DNA of 64,000 nucleotides from Macrostomum lignano (GCA_002269645.1 NIVC01000695.1:124001-188000), one strand, 5' to 3'. Shown: positions 11,171 through 23,100, counted from the stretch's first letter. Made by a program: numbers and translations. The notes: a model not told the origin generated them from the letters alone.

Positions 11171-13913
11171 TATCTCTACTGGATTCGTATTCTGCATCTG
11201 ATGAGCCATCTGAGTCAGGGCTCTCATCTTCCATGCCAAAACGTCTAGCAAATCGTTCTTGAGCTATAGGTCACACTGTATTCACTTCACTTACTTCTGG
11301 ACATTCATGAATCATGACTTTTGTAGTATGCTCACTACACTGTACTGACAATTTACTAATTGCTTCATGCCGCCACTAGATGACATACTGATTAGCTGTT
11401 ATAAAAACGCGGAATCTGCACGCAGCACTAATTAGCTGGCGAGGCATTTAGCTTTAAAAAATATGGTCATAGTTACTCCTGCCGTTTACCTAAAGTTTTT
11501 GCTTGGCTCTTTCATAGGTAAGTCGCATTTTTTATCGAAAACTAAGTCGCACGGCCAGCGTAATTTTAGAAGTTGCGCATGTATGTGTAGTCATATGTAT
11601 ATGTTTTACATGGTGGCTCTTTTATGTGTGACATGGAGTCACGTATATATTTGACATGGAGTCACATATGTTTGACATGGTGGCTCTTTAGTGTTCGATA
11701 TGGTGGCTCTTTAATGTTTGACATGGTGGCTCTTTTATGTTTGACATAGTGGCTCTTTAATGTCTGACATGGTGGCTCTTTAATGTTTGACATGGTGGCT
11801 CTTTTATGTTTGACATGATGGCTCTTTAATGTTCGACATGGTGGGCTGTTTAATGTTTGTTATGTAGTCATATGTATATGTTTTACATGGTGGCCCTTTT
11901 ATGTGTGACATGGAGGCACGTATATATTCGACATGGAGTCACATATGTTTGACATGGTGGCTCTTTAGTGTTCGATATGGTGGCTCTTTAATGTTTGACA
12001 TGGTGGCTCTTTAATGTCTGACATGGTGGCTCTTTAATGTTTGACATGGTGGCTCTTTTATGTTCGACATGTTGGCTCTTTAGTGTTTGACATGGCTCTT
12101 TAATGTTTGACATGGTGGCTCTTTTATGCTTGACATGGTGGCTCTTTAATGTTCGACATGGTGGCTCTTTAATGTTTGACATGGTGGCTCTTTTATGCTT
12201 GACATGGTGGCTCTTTTATGTTCGACATGGTGGCTCTTTTTTGTTCTACATGGTAACTCTTTTATGTTTGATACGGTGGCTTTTTAATATCTGACATTGT
12301 GGCTCTTCTATGTTTGACATTGTGGCTCTTTTATGTTTGACATGGTGGCTCTTTAATGTTTGACATGGTGGCTCTTTAATGTACGACATAAAGGTTCGTT
12401 TATGTTCGACATGGTGGCTCTTTTAGGTTTGACATGGTAGCTCTTTTATGTTCGACATGGTGGCTCTTTTAGGTTTGACATGGTGGCTCTTTTAGGTTTG
12501 ACATGGTGGCTCTTTAATGTTCGACATGGTGGCTCTTTAATGTTTGACATGGTGGCTCTTTTATGCTTGACATGGTGGCTCTTTTATGTTCGACATGGTG
12601 GCTCTTTTTTGTTCTACATGGTAACTCTTTTATGTTTGATACGGTGGCTTTTTAATATCTGACATTGTGGCTCTTCTATGTTTGACATTGTGGCTCTTTT
12701 ATGTTTGACATGGTGGCTCTTTAATGTTTGACATGGTGGCTCTTTAATGTACGACATAAAGGTTCGTTTATGTTCGACATGGTGGCTCTTTTAGGTTTGA
12801 CATGGTAGCTCTTTTATGTTCGACATGGTGGCTCTTTTAGGTTTGACATGGTGGCTCTTTTAGGTTTGACATGGTAGCTCTTTTATGTTCGACATGGTGG
12901 CTCTTAAATGTTTCACATGATGGCTCTTAAATGTCTTACATGGTGGCTCTTTTATGTTTGACAATGTGGCTCTTTAATGTTTTACATGGCGGCTCTTTTA
13001 TGTTCGAAATGGTGGCTCTTTAATGTTCGACATGGTGGCTCTTTAATGTTTGACATGCTAGCTCTTTAATGTTCGACATAGTGGCTCTTTTATGTTTGGC
13101 ATGGTGGCTCTTTAATGTTCTTCATGGTGGCTCTTTTACGTTTGACATGGTGGCACTTTAATGTTCGACGTGGTGGCTCTTTAATGTTCGAAATGGTGAC
13201 TCTTTAATGTTTCACATGGTGGCTCTTTAATGTTTGACATAGAGTCACGTATTTGTTTTACATGGTGCCCATGTAATGTTTGACATGGTGCCTCTTTTAT
13301 GTTTGACATTGTGCTTTTTTATGTTTAGCAGTTTCGTGTTTTCAAGGTGTTTTATAAAAAAATTATTTTGCACTACTAAGATTCGAACCCAGGTCGCTAC
13401 GTTGGCAGTCCAGTCTGTTCGTATCTAGGCTATCTCTTTTCAATTGGAGTACATGAATTGTGGCCCTTATAATTAAATTCTTACAGCAAGTCAATTGGGG
13501 TAAAAAGTTATGACATAATCAATTTCTCAGTCAGCCAGTATCAGTCTCAGTTCAAGTTAGCAATATTGGTTACGCAATTTTAATCAAGTCGTGTGTGCAT
13601 TTCTTCGGCACTGTTTTCAACTTGTTGTGATGCAATCTTTATGACAATCAGAATTCAGCCAGTCAGTTTTTTTCTCTAGCATTCTTACAATGAATTTTAG
13701 GTCGAAAGAGCTGCTTGACCTTTGCAAAAAAGCATGTTTTTCGAATATTTAATCCCTTTATCATTGAGCAATTTTTTAGCCAAGATGCATGTACCGTCCC
13801 AGGAAAATTTCTGATCGAATGGTGCAAGTTTGAAGAAAATCGGTTGAGCCATTTTTTCTGAAATCTATCGCATACCTACCCACATACAGACAACTCATTT
13901 TTAGTATATAGGA

Positions 13914-14094
13914 TTATCGTTAGGCATGTACACTTCACTGCGCCTTGGGGGGTTGGCTCTCAAGGCCGTTAATTGCACGAGCAGAGCCAAGCCGAGATTC
14001 CAATTCAGCCCCAAATTAATGTGACTGCACTTGGAATCGAGCCTGGGTCGCTGGCACACCAGAGCCTGCGCTAGACCGCTGGGCTACGGCCCCC
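13914..14094 (-). mobile_element. 5' (tRNA-like head) half of the split SINE
   Basis: Minus strand GGGGGCCGTAGCCCAGCGG (A box) ... GGCTCGATTCC (B box); matches 27467-27650. Confidence 0.85.
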
Positions 14095-14302
14095 TAGGTT
14101 AGGGCTAGGGGTAGGTTTAGACTAGGGTTTTAGGTTTTAGTATTAAGAAAGTAGTAGTAAGAAAACTACTATCAGAAACGAAAAAGCTGTCCAGTAAATC
14201 AAAGCATCCAACTTTACTTCTAGAGAACTGAGAAGCTTCCTCCTCTACTGAATAGTAGGCTTATTAGAATTTTATTCGAATTTTGACCCCCAAATCACTC
14301 AC

Positions 14303-14920
14303 CGTTCGATAATCATCCAATTCTGACTGCAGAGCCATGAGCTGCGCCCTCAGCGCGGCAATCTGTTTACTAGTCTTATCCTGATTAATGGACACCTTGT
14401 TCTTTATATTCCTAGCCCGATTGGCGTACTTGAGCGTGTTCAAAGTCTCCATGAAATCGCAATCGGATGGCGAGATGCAAGCAACCATAATTGTCCGACT
14501 GTTGCCACCCAGGGAGTCTTGCAAGAGTCTGGTGAGCTTTGAGTCTCGATAGGGCACGTGACAGCCTTTCTTAGTCCGATCGCCCAGCGCGCTGATGACA
14601 TTGCCCAGGGCTAGCAGACCGCAGTTAATACTGATGCCTTCCCGAGCTCGATCCCCGGTAGCTCCGGTTCGTTTCAACCTCTCCGAGCCGGCCAAATCTA
14701 CGAAATGGAATTTCGCTGTCAGAGTCTCGAACTCCATGGTCTGAGCCTCCGGATTGGCCACTGGTTCGACGCCGAATGGCGAATCTTCTTCGGACACTGC
14801 CAGGGGTCGTTTCTGACGAATGTGCAGAGTGAAGATGGCGTGCGACCGGCTTGACTGCGCGTTCATGTTCGTGCTGCCGGTGCTGCGGCACAGGGCGCCG
14901 TCTTGGAGGCAGCGCATCGT
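14303..14920 (-). CDS. KIF21: KIF21 exon 7 (switch I/II and end of the motor domain)
   Basis: [68 protein letters not shown]. Acceptor CCGCAG|ACG; donor ACG|GTGAGT. The [10 protein letters not shown] and GISINCGLL motifs are KIF21-diagnostic as I recall them. Confidence 0.96.
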
Positions 14921-14934
14921 CTGCGGTTGTCATG

Positions 14935-15495
14935 GTGATGGAATGGAAGCGTGTTGCTATGGTGATGAAGGATACTGCCATGACGATGGAAGGGCGATTC
15001 TCATGGAGATGGAAGGGCGATTCTCATGGAGATGGAAGGGCGATTCTCATGAAGATTGAAGGGCGATTCTCATGGAGATGGAAGGGCGATTCTCATGGAG
15101 ATGGAAGGGCAATTCTCATGAAGATGGAAGGGCGATTCTCATGGAGATGGAAGGGCGATTCTCATGGAGATGGAAGGGCGATTCTCATGGAGATGGAAGG
15201 GCGATTTTCATGGAGATGGAAGGGCGATTCTCATGGAGATGGAAGGGCGATTCTCATGAAGATGGAAGGGCGATTCTCATGAAGATTGAAGGGCGATTCT
15301 CATGGAGATGGAAGGGCGATTCTCATGGAGATGGAAGGGCGATTCTCATGGAGATGGAAGGGCGATTCTCATGGAGATGGAAGGGCGATTCTCATGGAGA
15401 TGGAAGGGCGATTCTCATGAAGATGGAAGGGCGATTCTCATGGAGATGGAAGGGCGATTCTCATGGAGATGGAAGGGCGATTCTCATGAAGATGG
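14935..15495. repeat. 23-bp minisatellite (GGAGATGGAAGGGCGATTCTCAT) filling KIF21 intron 6
   Basis: Visible tandem array of ~24 copies between the two splice sites. Confidence 0.95.
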
Positions 15496-15501
15496 ACTCA
15501 C

Positions 15502-15594
15502 ATCTTCAAGCGACAGGACAACCCGAGTAGACACGCCAGTGATGTAAATTCCGCCTTCAGCATTCTCGTGAATTTTCACTTGAGATTTCTTGTT
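15502..15594 (-). CDS. KIF21: KIF21 exon 6
   Basis: TTTCAG|AAC; NKKSQVKIHENAEGGIYITGVSTR; GAT|GTGAGT; 93 nt, phase 0. Confidence 0.92.
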
Positions 15595-16249
15595 CTGAAA
15601 AAAATATAGTTAATTCATAGTAGAATATCACTTAAGTCTTCAACAATTGATTTATCTTAATGTACGAATATTTTATTTCTGTTTCGAAGCGTGCGTCATG
15701 AAGCATCAACTTCTTAACCTGGTTTTTTTAACCAGGATGCCATCTATTTAAATTTGAGATTAAACTTTATTTGAAGGCTGCCTATCAATTGTCAGATTTG
15801 AGTAGTCTGAAAATATGGAGTCTAGAGAATTCTGCAACTTCTGTGGGTCACAACTAGACGATAATATGTAAGCTTAGTTAATTGGTATACTAATATTACA
15901 AGAAATATATTAAGCAAAATATTTGTTTAATGACTGACTATACAAATGTCAACAATCAGAATCAATAGACTTATGATATGATGGTAAAAATAGATTCATA
16001 CATGTGGAATTATTTGATTCAGTATTCAAATTAACACAGTGTAGGTAAACCAACCTTTAAGCAGCTTATAGAAATAGACAATCACCTGCTATTTGATATA
16101 CCATTATACCATTGCTCAGTCTCAATATCACAATCATTTGACACTTAATAAACCAAAGAGAAGCTAGGAGACAGAAATGAGAGTTTCTATGAAGATAAAA
16201 TACCGATTTTTGAACAGATTGCACGGTGCTGGAAAAGAGGGGAGGGGAC

Positions 16250-16940
16250 AGTGGAAGAGGAGGGGATAGGAAGGAAGAGGGCAGATAGAGGGGGTAGAAG
16301 GGGAGAGAAAGAGCGGGTGAAGGGAAGAGAGGAGAGGGTGAGAGGGAGGGGGAGAGGGAGGGGAAAGACTAAAGAAGAGGGGATAGGAAAGAGGGGAGGA
16401 GGGATAGGAAAGAGGGGAGGAGGGATAGGAAAGAGGGGAGGAGGGATAGGAAAGAGGGGAGGAGGGATAGGAAAGAGGGGAGGAGGGATAGGAAAGAGGG
16501 GAGGAGGGATAGGAAAGAGGGGAGGAGGGATAGGAAAGAGGGGAGGAGGGATAGGAAAGAGGGGAGGAGGGATAGGAAAGAGGGGAGGAGGGATAGGAAA
16601 GAGGGGAGGAGGGATAGGAAAGAGGGGAGGAGGGATAGGAAAGAGGGGAGGAGGGATAGGAAAGAGGGGAGGAGGGATAGGAAAGAGGGGAGGAGGGATA
16701 GGAAAGAGGGGAGGAGGGATAGGAAAGAGGGGAGGAGGGATAGGAAAGAGGGGAGGAGGGATAGGAAAGAGGGGAGGGGAGGAGAAAGAGGGGGAGAGGG
16801 AAAGGTAGAGGGGAGGGAGGTCAAGAGGAGAGCGGGGAGAGGGAGTGGAGATAGGAGAAAAGAGAAGAGGGAGAGAGGGGAGGGGGAGAGATGTGGAGGG
16901 AGAGTAGAGAAGAGTGGGGGAGAAGAGAGATGAGGAGGCC
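16250..16940. repeat. Polypurine tract with a 21-bp core (GGGATAGGAAAGAGGGGAGGA, ~19 copies at 16380-16780)
   Basis: Visible array; explains the GIGKRGG and PPPLFPI ORFs. Confidence 0.95.
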
Positions 16941-17558
16941 AAGCGCAGGAAAGCTACATAGAAAAAGCACTGGAAAACGCAGCACCAGAATACAGTGGCA
17001 CTAATAGGGCAGAGAGAGAATTATTCAACCTGCTCAAAAGAAAAAAGACCTAGTGAAAACAGAGACGGCGGCCAGTAGAAAACTGCAGAGAATAAGATTT
17101 ATTAAGCCTCCCTCGCACACAAAAGATGTAGAAGCAGCGCTCTGCATTGCAATTAAAGTGCTGGGCACATCTGAGTCTCTTCAAACCGTACAGCAATAAA
17201 CAGCCTGAGATGTAGAGAGAAAGAAACGGCTCAAAAGACGAAGCCGCACCTCTTTAATGTATTGGCCAGAAAAATGAACCATTGAGCACATAGTGCAGAG
17301 ATGAGCAAGAATAATGGCTGCACAATACACAAGCTTTACGTCAGCTCAACCGTCAGTCACTCCAACCGCTAAAAAAACTGCTCAACCTAAAGACTCTCAC
17401 TCAAGTATTTAGCAAAAAGATGTGTCTTAGACTAATAAATAGCATTTCAAAGTTTTAAGACCACTTGATTCAACAGTGCTTAAATAGAAACTTTTATAAG
17501 ACAATTAATAACTGTAGTCAACAAATAATTCAAAAAGCCGTTCGGTTTTTTCAATTAC

Positions 17559-17609
17559 CTTGGCGTCTCGGGCCACGTCTAGCAAATCGATGAGTACCTC
17601 ATTGTACAG
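17559..17609 (-). CDS. KIF21: KIF21 exon 5 (51 nt)
   Basis: CTCCAG|CTG; LYNEVLIDLLDVARDAK; AAG|GTAATT. Fills the expected LYNE gap in the motor domain. Confidence 0.88.
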
Positions 17610-17699
17610 CTGGAGTTTAAAGTAGGAAAATATGTTTTTTTAGCTCTGTATTGCAGGCGATTCCGCTAGCTAAATAGCTTAAAGGGGTGGTAGGTTTCC

Positions 17700-18375
17700 A
17701 GCACCTGGGGACCTAGAAGGCTGGCCCAGCACCTGGGGACCTGGGAGGCTGGCCCAGCACCTGGGAACCTGGGAGGCTGGCCCAGCAACTGAGGATCTGG
17801 GAGGCTGGCCCAGCAACTGAGGATCTGGGAGGCTGGCCCAGCAGCTGAGGATCTGGGAGGCTGGCCCAGCAACTGAGGATCTGGGAGGCTGGCCCAGCAG
17901 CTGAGGATCTGGGAGGCTGGCCCAGCAGCTGAGGATCTGGGAGGCTGGCCCAGCAGCTAAGGATCTGGGAGGCTGGCCCAGCAGCTGAGGATCTCGGAGA
18001 CTGGCTTAGCAACTGACACTCTGGGAGGCTGGCCCAGCAGCTGAGGATCTCGGAGGCTGGCCCAGCAACTGACAGTCTGGGAGGCTGGCCCAGCAACTGA
18101 CAGTCTGGGAGGCTGGCCCAGCAACTGACAGTCTGGGAGGCTGGCCCAGCAACTGACAGTCTGGGAGGCTGGCCCAGCAACTGACAGTCTGGGAGGCTGG
18201 CCCAGCAACTGACAGTCTGGGAGGCTGGCCCAGCAACTGACAGTCTGGGAGGCTGGCCCAGCAACTGACAGTCGGGGAGGCTGGCCCAGCAACTGACAGT
18301 CTGGGAGGCTGGCCCAGCAACTGACAGTCTGGGAGGCTGGCCCAGCCACTGGGGATCAGGGAGACTGGCCTAGCA
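17700..18375. repeat. 28-bp minisatellite (GGGAGGCTGGCCCAGCAACTGACAGTCT) with two unit variants
   Basis: Visible tandem array of ~23 copies. Confidence 0.95.
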
Positions 18376-18481
18376 ACTAAGGAGCTGGGAAGTGCAGCAC
18401 AGTCTGTGGATTGCCCAGAAGTTGCCCAATAAATGCATTCTAATCCAATCACAAACCAAGGCGATGGCCAAGTGTGCCTAC

Positions 18482-18664
18482 CTCAAGAAACTGGGCCACC
18501 ACTTTGAATTCGGGCAACGGCAGGCCTCTTTGTGTTGCAGACCGCCTTGCTGCATCAATCTGGCCGAACAGATAGGACACAGCCCGGGGGATGATGCCAG
18601 CCTCCGATGATGAAGGGGACAGTTCGAATCCCGTGCCCATTGTGTAGGTTTTGCCGCTGCCGGT
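18482..18664 (-). CDS. KIF21: KIF21 exon 4 (P-loop second half)
   Basis: TCGCAG|ACC; [13 protein letters not shown]...GIIPRAV...FKVVAQFLE; GAG|GTAGGC. Confidence 0.93.
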
Positions 18665-18699
18665 CTGCGAAAGGAAATTAAAACATTTTTTAAGTTGCG

Positions 18700-19210
18700 A
18701 CTAGATCAAACCAGGACACAAAATTGGATTGCGGCAAGATCAAACTATCCAAATTAATTAGCAGCGAGATCAAACGATCCAAAATAACTGGCGGCTAGAT
18801 CAAACTATTCTAAATAACTGGATGGCGTTAAGATCAAACGCTTCTAACTAACTGGATAGCAGTGAGATCAAACGACCTTAAATAACTGGATAGTGGCTAA
18901 ATCAAACGATCCTAAATAACTGGATAGCGGCGAGATCAAACGACCCTAAATAACTGGATAGCGGCGAGATCAAACGACCCTAAATAACTGGATAGCGGCG
19001 AGATCAAACGACCCTAAATAACTGGATAGCGGCGAGATCAAACGACCCTAAATAACTGGATAGCGGCGTCCGGCGAGATCAAACGATCCTAAACGACTGG
19101 ATAGCGGCGAAATTAAACGATCCGAAATGACCGGATAGCGGCGAGATCAAACGATACTAAATAATCAGCAGCTAGATCAAACGATCATAAATAAATTGCG
19201 GGTAATTTGA
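18700..19210. repeat. ~34-bp minisatellite (GATCAAACGACCCTAAATAACTGGATAGCGGCGA)
   Basis: Visible array, homogeneous in the centre and degenerate at the edges. Confidence 0.9.
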
Positions 19211-19265
19211 ACGATCTTCAGTGATCGGCTACATCAAAGGATTCACAAAATAATTTCTTACTCAC

Positions 19266-19308
19266 CTGTCCATAAGCAAACAACGTTGCATTGTATCCTT
19301 CAAGACAC
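19266..19308 (-). CDS. KIF21: KIF21 exon 3 (43 nt)
   Basis: TTTCAG|G; CLEGYNATLFAYGQ; CAG|GTGAGT. Confidence 0.93.
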
Positions 19309-19385
19309 CTGAAAGAAAGTAATAGATAACGAGGGTGTTATTTTTTCATATGATAATTATACAAAATAGTGGAATTGCCACTCAC

Positions 19386-19565
19386 CCATCGATTAGATTT
19401 TTAGCCAGGGAGTCGAATATCGCAGATTGGCCAATATGCATATCGAACGTGTAGTCAAAGGTGAACGCTTTGTCCTCCCCTAGTAGTATCTGTTTCTCTT
19501 CATCGGCGACACTGGTGCAAATTCGATTCATTTCAATCTTTTCCTTCGAATTCTGCGGCCGAACC
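19386..19565 (-). CDS. KIF21: KIF21 exon 2
   Basis: TTTCAG|G; VRPQNSKEKIE...LLGEDKAFTFDYTFD; GG|GTGAGT. Confidence 0.93.
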
Positions 19566-19624
19566 CTGAAAACAATTAGGCACTGTTATTTTTAGAACTC
19601 CGATGTTATAATAATGCAAAAATC

Positions 19625-19925
19625 GATTGCACCTGCACTAATTGGGCCAGGTGTACAACCGACAGCTCAGCTTTAGCTATTACGCAGCGCATCTGAAGGC
19701 TGCGTACGGCTGTTCAGCCCAAGGACTGGGGGGGGGGGGGGTCGCCACACACACCCTCAGTCACTCCAGCTAATGCTGGCACCCATTTTACAGCTGGGTG
19801 AACTGAAGCAATGCAGAGAGCTAAGTGTCTTGCTCAAGGACACAAATTGCTCTGAGTGAGTTCAGAATTGAACCCCCGACCTTTTGGTTAAGAGTCTGTC
19901 GGTCTAACCAGTAGGCTACAACAGA
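19625..19925 (-). mobile_element. tRNA(Lys)-like SINE with a CORE-type central domain, in KIF21 intron 1
   Basis: Minus strand: TAGCCTACTGG (A box), CTCTTAA anticodon-like loop, GGTTCAATTC (B box), then GTGTCCTTGAGCAAGACACTT...CAGCTGTAAAATGGG, resembling the MIR/CORE consensus as I recall it. Left end approximate. Confidence 0.75.
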
Positions 19926-19973
19926 GATCTAATATTCAGTACAATAATTGTGACAATAAAAGTACACGCCCAC

Positions 19974-20026
19974 CTGACGGCCACTCGAACACTTGTGTCA
20001 TCAGCTCCATCTGCTTCATCCTGCAT
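19974..20026 (-). CDS. KIF21: KIF21 exon 1 (start)
   Basis: ATG at 20026; MQDEADGADDTSVRVAV; AG|GTGGGC. All nine exon phases are mutually compatible. Confidence 0.88.
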
Positions 20027-20098
20027 TTTTTTGTCATGAAAGAAAATTCAACAAAAAATTAATAAATTTGGAAGCCATTTGATATTCAATTTAAAAAA

Positions 20099-20125
20099 CT
20101 GAAAAAAGGAACAAAACTGAAACTA
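20099..20125 (-). promoter_or_regulatory. Strong 3' splice acceptor upstream of the KIF21 ATG (5' UTR intron or trans-splice site)
   Basis: TTTTGTTCCTTTTTTCAG ending at 20099, about 73 nt before the ATG. Confidence 0.4.
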
Positions 20126-23100
20126 AAAAAGCTTTTTTGTAGAACACAAGAAACTAACAAGATACACTAGATATGTAAATACTGAGCAACTTTAAAACAG
20201 GCTGACAGGTCATCTCTATATTTTTTAGCATCTTCATCTTGCCAATTAGGGGTTGGCTTTTCAGGGTATAAATCACACAGCATTCCTTTACATAATGTTT
20301 AAGCTAAATATCTAAATTAATGTCTATGTATAAATCAAATCAATGAGTCATGATACAAATCTATCACTAAGGAGTTTTGATCCTTTTTTCAATCATAATC
20401 CATGCTTGATATTTTTTTCAATTAAAATCTTATTAAGTGCTAAAAATTGGGCTTTATATAATCTTATTTATATATGCATGACTACCAACTGACCCAGCCA
20501 ATCCAAACAAAATAAATTATGGCAGATAAAAGATAATGTTGCAAAAAATTGATGATATATCAAAGATTTTTGGACTACTTTGTTTTTCGATAAGTTATAA
20601 TTTTAGATTGCATTTTTAGTCAAAATGATATTATATAGCATTTGTAATTTCAGATGTTATGCATGATCCAATTTGATTTTACCCTTTACAATGTACTATA
20701 GATTCATCAAATAGATTCATTAACATAGATTACATCTTCAAATATTAAAATAGGATTGTTAAAAATCTATACATATATTATAGTTAAGGAAAGCTATTAG
20801 TATACGTAAGGAATTAAACTAGCAACATTTTATAACATTTTATTAACATTCAAAATGACCAACAAAAAATTTAATAGAAGACTAGTAAAACAATATAGTA
20901 TGCCATTAGTGCATAAAACTTTAATGTTAATTACCTCACTTTCATGGCAGGCTGATCAATGGCTACAAAAAGGTTTTTTATATATGATATTTTATGAAAC
21001 ACATATAGGAAAAACACATTGGTTTTAAAATAGACAAATATTTTTTCTTTAAAAAGTAATAGAAAATATATTAGAAAGATAATAAAATATGACTATAAAT
21101 ATAAAAAAAATATATATAGGCCAACATTTTACAAAAATGAAAAGGACTTCTTATATTAAATCTTTACTTAAAAATTTTAAATGACACAAATATAATTAAG
21201 ACTTGTTAGTATATTATATCATTATTAAGAATTATTATAGTTTTATTATTACATTAGCTAATTTAAATTATATGAACAATATTTAATTAAAAGAGTAATT
21301 TGACTAAATGTTTCTTAATTGATTTCTTACTTTGCTATTTCTTTAAGTGGATTACTGAAAAACCAAGCCATAATCATAGGCATGATCATAATATGCCTAT
21401 GCCAGAACAAATCTTCCTATAAACAATTTTGCTTGCACTGTGCATTGGAACTAATCTTATCAAACAAGTTTGCTTATTACCATATGCCAGATTTATTTTT
21501 TGTCAAAAAAACATAATAACATATAGGCTTAACATTTTTGGGAGATATACATATAGGGGCCTAATCATTGGGGACTAGGCCTATAGTTATTATAATTTTG
21601 AGGGCACAAAAATTCTAAGAAGGGAAAAAGACAGTGAATGATTAGAAATTCTTTAAAATTAAGATAGATCTAAGCTAAGGAATGAATTTAGTTTTAAAAG
21701 AATGATGAATACTAATAATAAACAATTAACTTAATTTATCACTGAACTGAATATTAACCTTTTAAAATCAAAAATAAAAACTTTTATATAACACTCAATT
21801 CTCCATACACATTTAATGACACTAAATCCAAAGTAAACATAATTAAAAACAAAGTCACTTTGACTTTGGCATGCGCAACGCTCCAGGAACCTATTATTTC
21901 AATGGCATAACGTTTTTTGACAAAAAACCAGCACTATGCACAAGTCACAAGTGATTAAAAAATAAATAACCTTGGCCAACGGCCAATATAACTATAACTA
22001 TCTAAATGAAATTTATACTAAGCTAATTCTTACATCTCACTAGTCTAAGTATTTCATTTGCATAATTCGTCAAAGCAGCAAGTCAAGTAACAACTAACAA
22101 GTAAGCAGTATTAGGCCTATTGACTTCCTGCGCAACGCATTTCTAAGAAAGTTAACTCTAAATCATCTGATTAGCATTTTTAAATTTTGCCGTCACTTGA
22201 TATCGAAATGCGTGACCAATTAAATATAACTTCAGATCGAGAAAGATGCATTATTTATTGCCGATTGATGAACTTTAAAAAACCTTTCAAAGTGAAGCTG
22301 TTAAAATAGTCAAAACTTTTAGCCTTGCGCCATATCTCGTTTAATATGCGCAGTTCACATGCGTGCCTTAATTTGGGCATTCAAAGTCTACTCAATCCAG
22401 AGCTAGTATCTTAATTATGTACTGAAATACCTGTTTTTATGTATAAATCGATTCCAGTACCGTAAACAGCAATTAAATCAGAATAAATTAGTAATGAGGA
22501 GTCCTACCACCAGTAATACGATCAACAAAAACATGTGAGTACATGTACATGTAACGTAATACGTAGTAGCGGGAGGGGAAGCAATTAGTAATCTGTTACA
22601 GAAAAAATTACCTAAAATTCATTATTCTTTCTATAATTTCTTTGTTTCGTCAAATTAAAGGTATCAAAAAAGCACCATAATTCAAGTTGCCAGTGGTAAG
22701 TGGCGTATATATAACCAGGAATTCGGTTAGGAAGATCTGATCGGTTTTCATATACGTGTGGATCCTGCAGCCTGGTAACGTACCAATAAAGGGTGCAGGG
22801 CTTGTATTCGGGAGAAAAGTTGCTTAGTCTCCCCTGTGGCTATTTTTCGGTGCGGCGACCCAGTTTTCCTCTGGCTGCGGCCAGAATGATAAATTGTGCA
22901 TTTTATTGCATGCATATATTTAGTAATACATAACATTCTCTAATTATAGTAAACGCATGTGGACTCTTCGATCAACAACTTTGAGAACTTAAATATCATA
23001 CTTGAATTAACAAAGAGATACCGTTGCTTTTGCTTATCTATCTCTGATCTAATAAAAAACTAAAAATAAAGACAGATTTGTTTAGTATCTTAGAAGCATT

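Larger units (their letters stand above)
9390..11585 (+). mobile_element. Non-autonomous hAT-type DNA transposon (2.2 kb)
   Basis: 14-bp perfect TIR CATACATGCGCAAC / GTTGCGCATGTATG; perfect 8-bp TSD TGTAGTCA (9382-9389, 11586-11593); an empty-site paralogue occurs at ~11845-11890. Confidence 0.92.
9050..13320. repeat. 23-bp satellite (TTTGACATGGTGGCTCTTTAATG) internal to H2, interrupted by the hAT element at 9390-11585; contains higher-order duplications of ~277 and 368 bp
   Basis: Arrays at 9050-9380 and 11600-13320. TTGTTCTACATGGTAAC occurs at 12241 and 12609 (368 = 16 x 23). Confidence 0.93.
7907..13913 (-). mobile_element. Non-autonomous Helitron-like element H2, in head-to-tail tandem with H1
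   Basis: Minus strand begins A|TCCTATATACTAAAAA (13913). The 3' end is a perfect GCCCCCC-GAT-GGGGGGC hairpin (7919-7935) then CTAG (7907-7910), directly abutting the TC start of H1. Confidence 0.8.

Noticed and set aside
11172-11350. Minus-strand acidic coding-like remnant inside the hAT element (…IAQERFARRFGMEDESPDSDGSSDAEYES) as a transposase
   Set aside because: Contains a stop, is cut by the Helitron fragment, and shows no BED finger or DDE motif.
8050-19210. Regular 17-34-bp repeat arrays as possible CRISPR arrays
   Set aside because: No unique spacers, no cas genes, and a spliced eukaryotic context.
22490-22700. Possible upstream ARNT exon (donors GTGAGT at ~22535 and GTAAGT at ~22696) splicing to the acceptor at 29510
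   Set aside because: The ATG-led frame ending at 22534 is out of phase with 29511 and there is no homology support; it could be a non-coding leader but cannot be shown from sequence alone.
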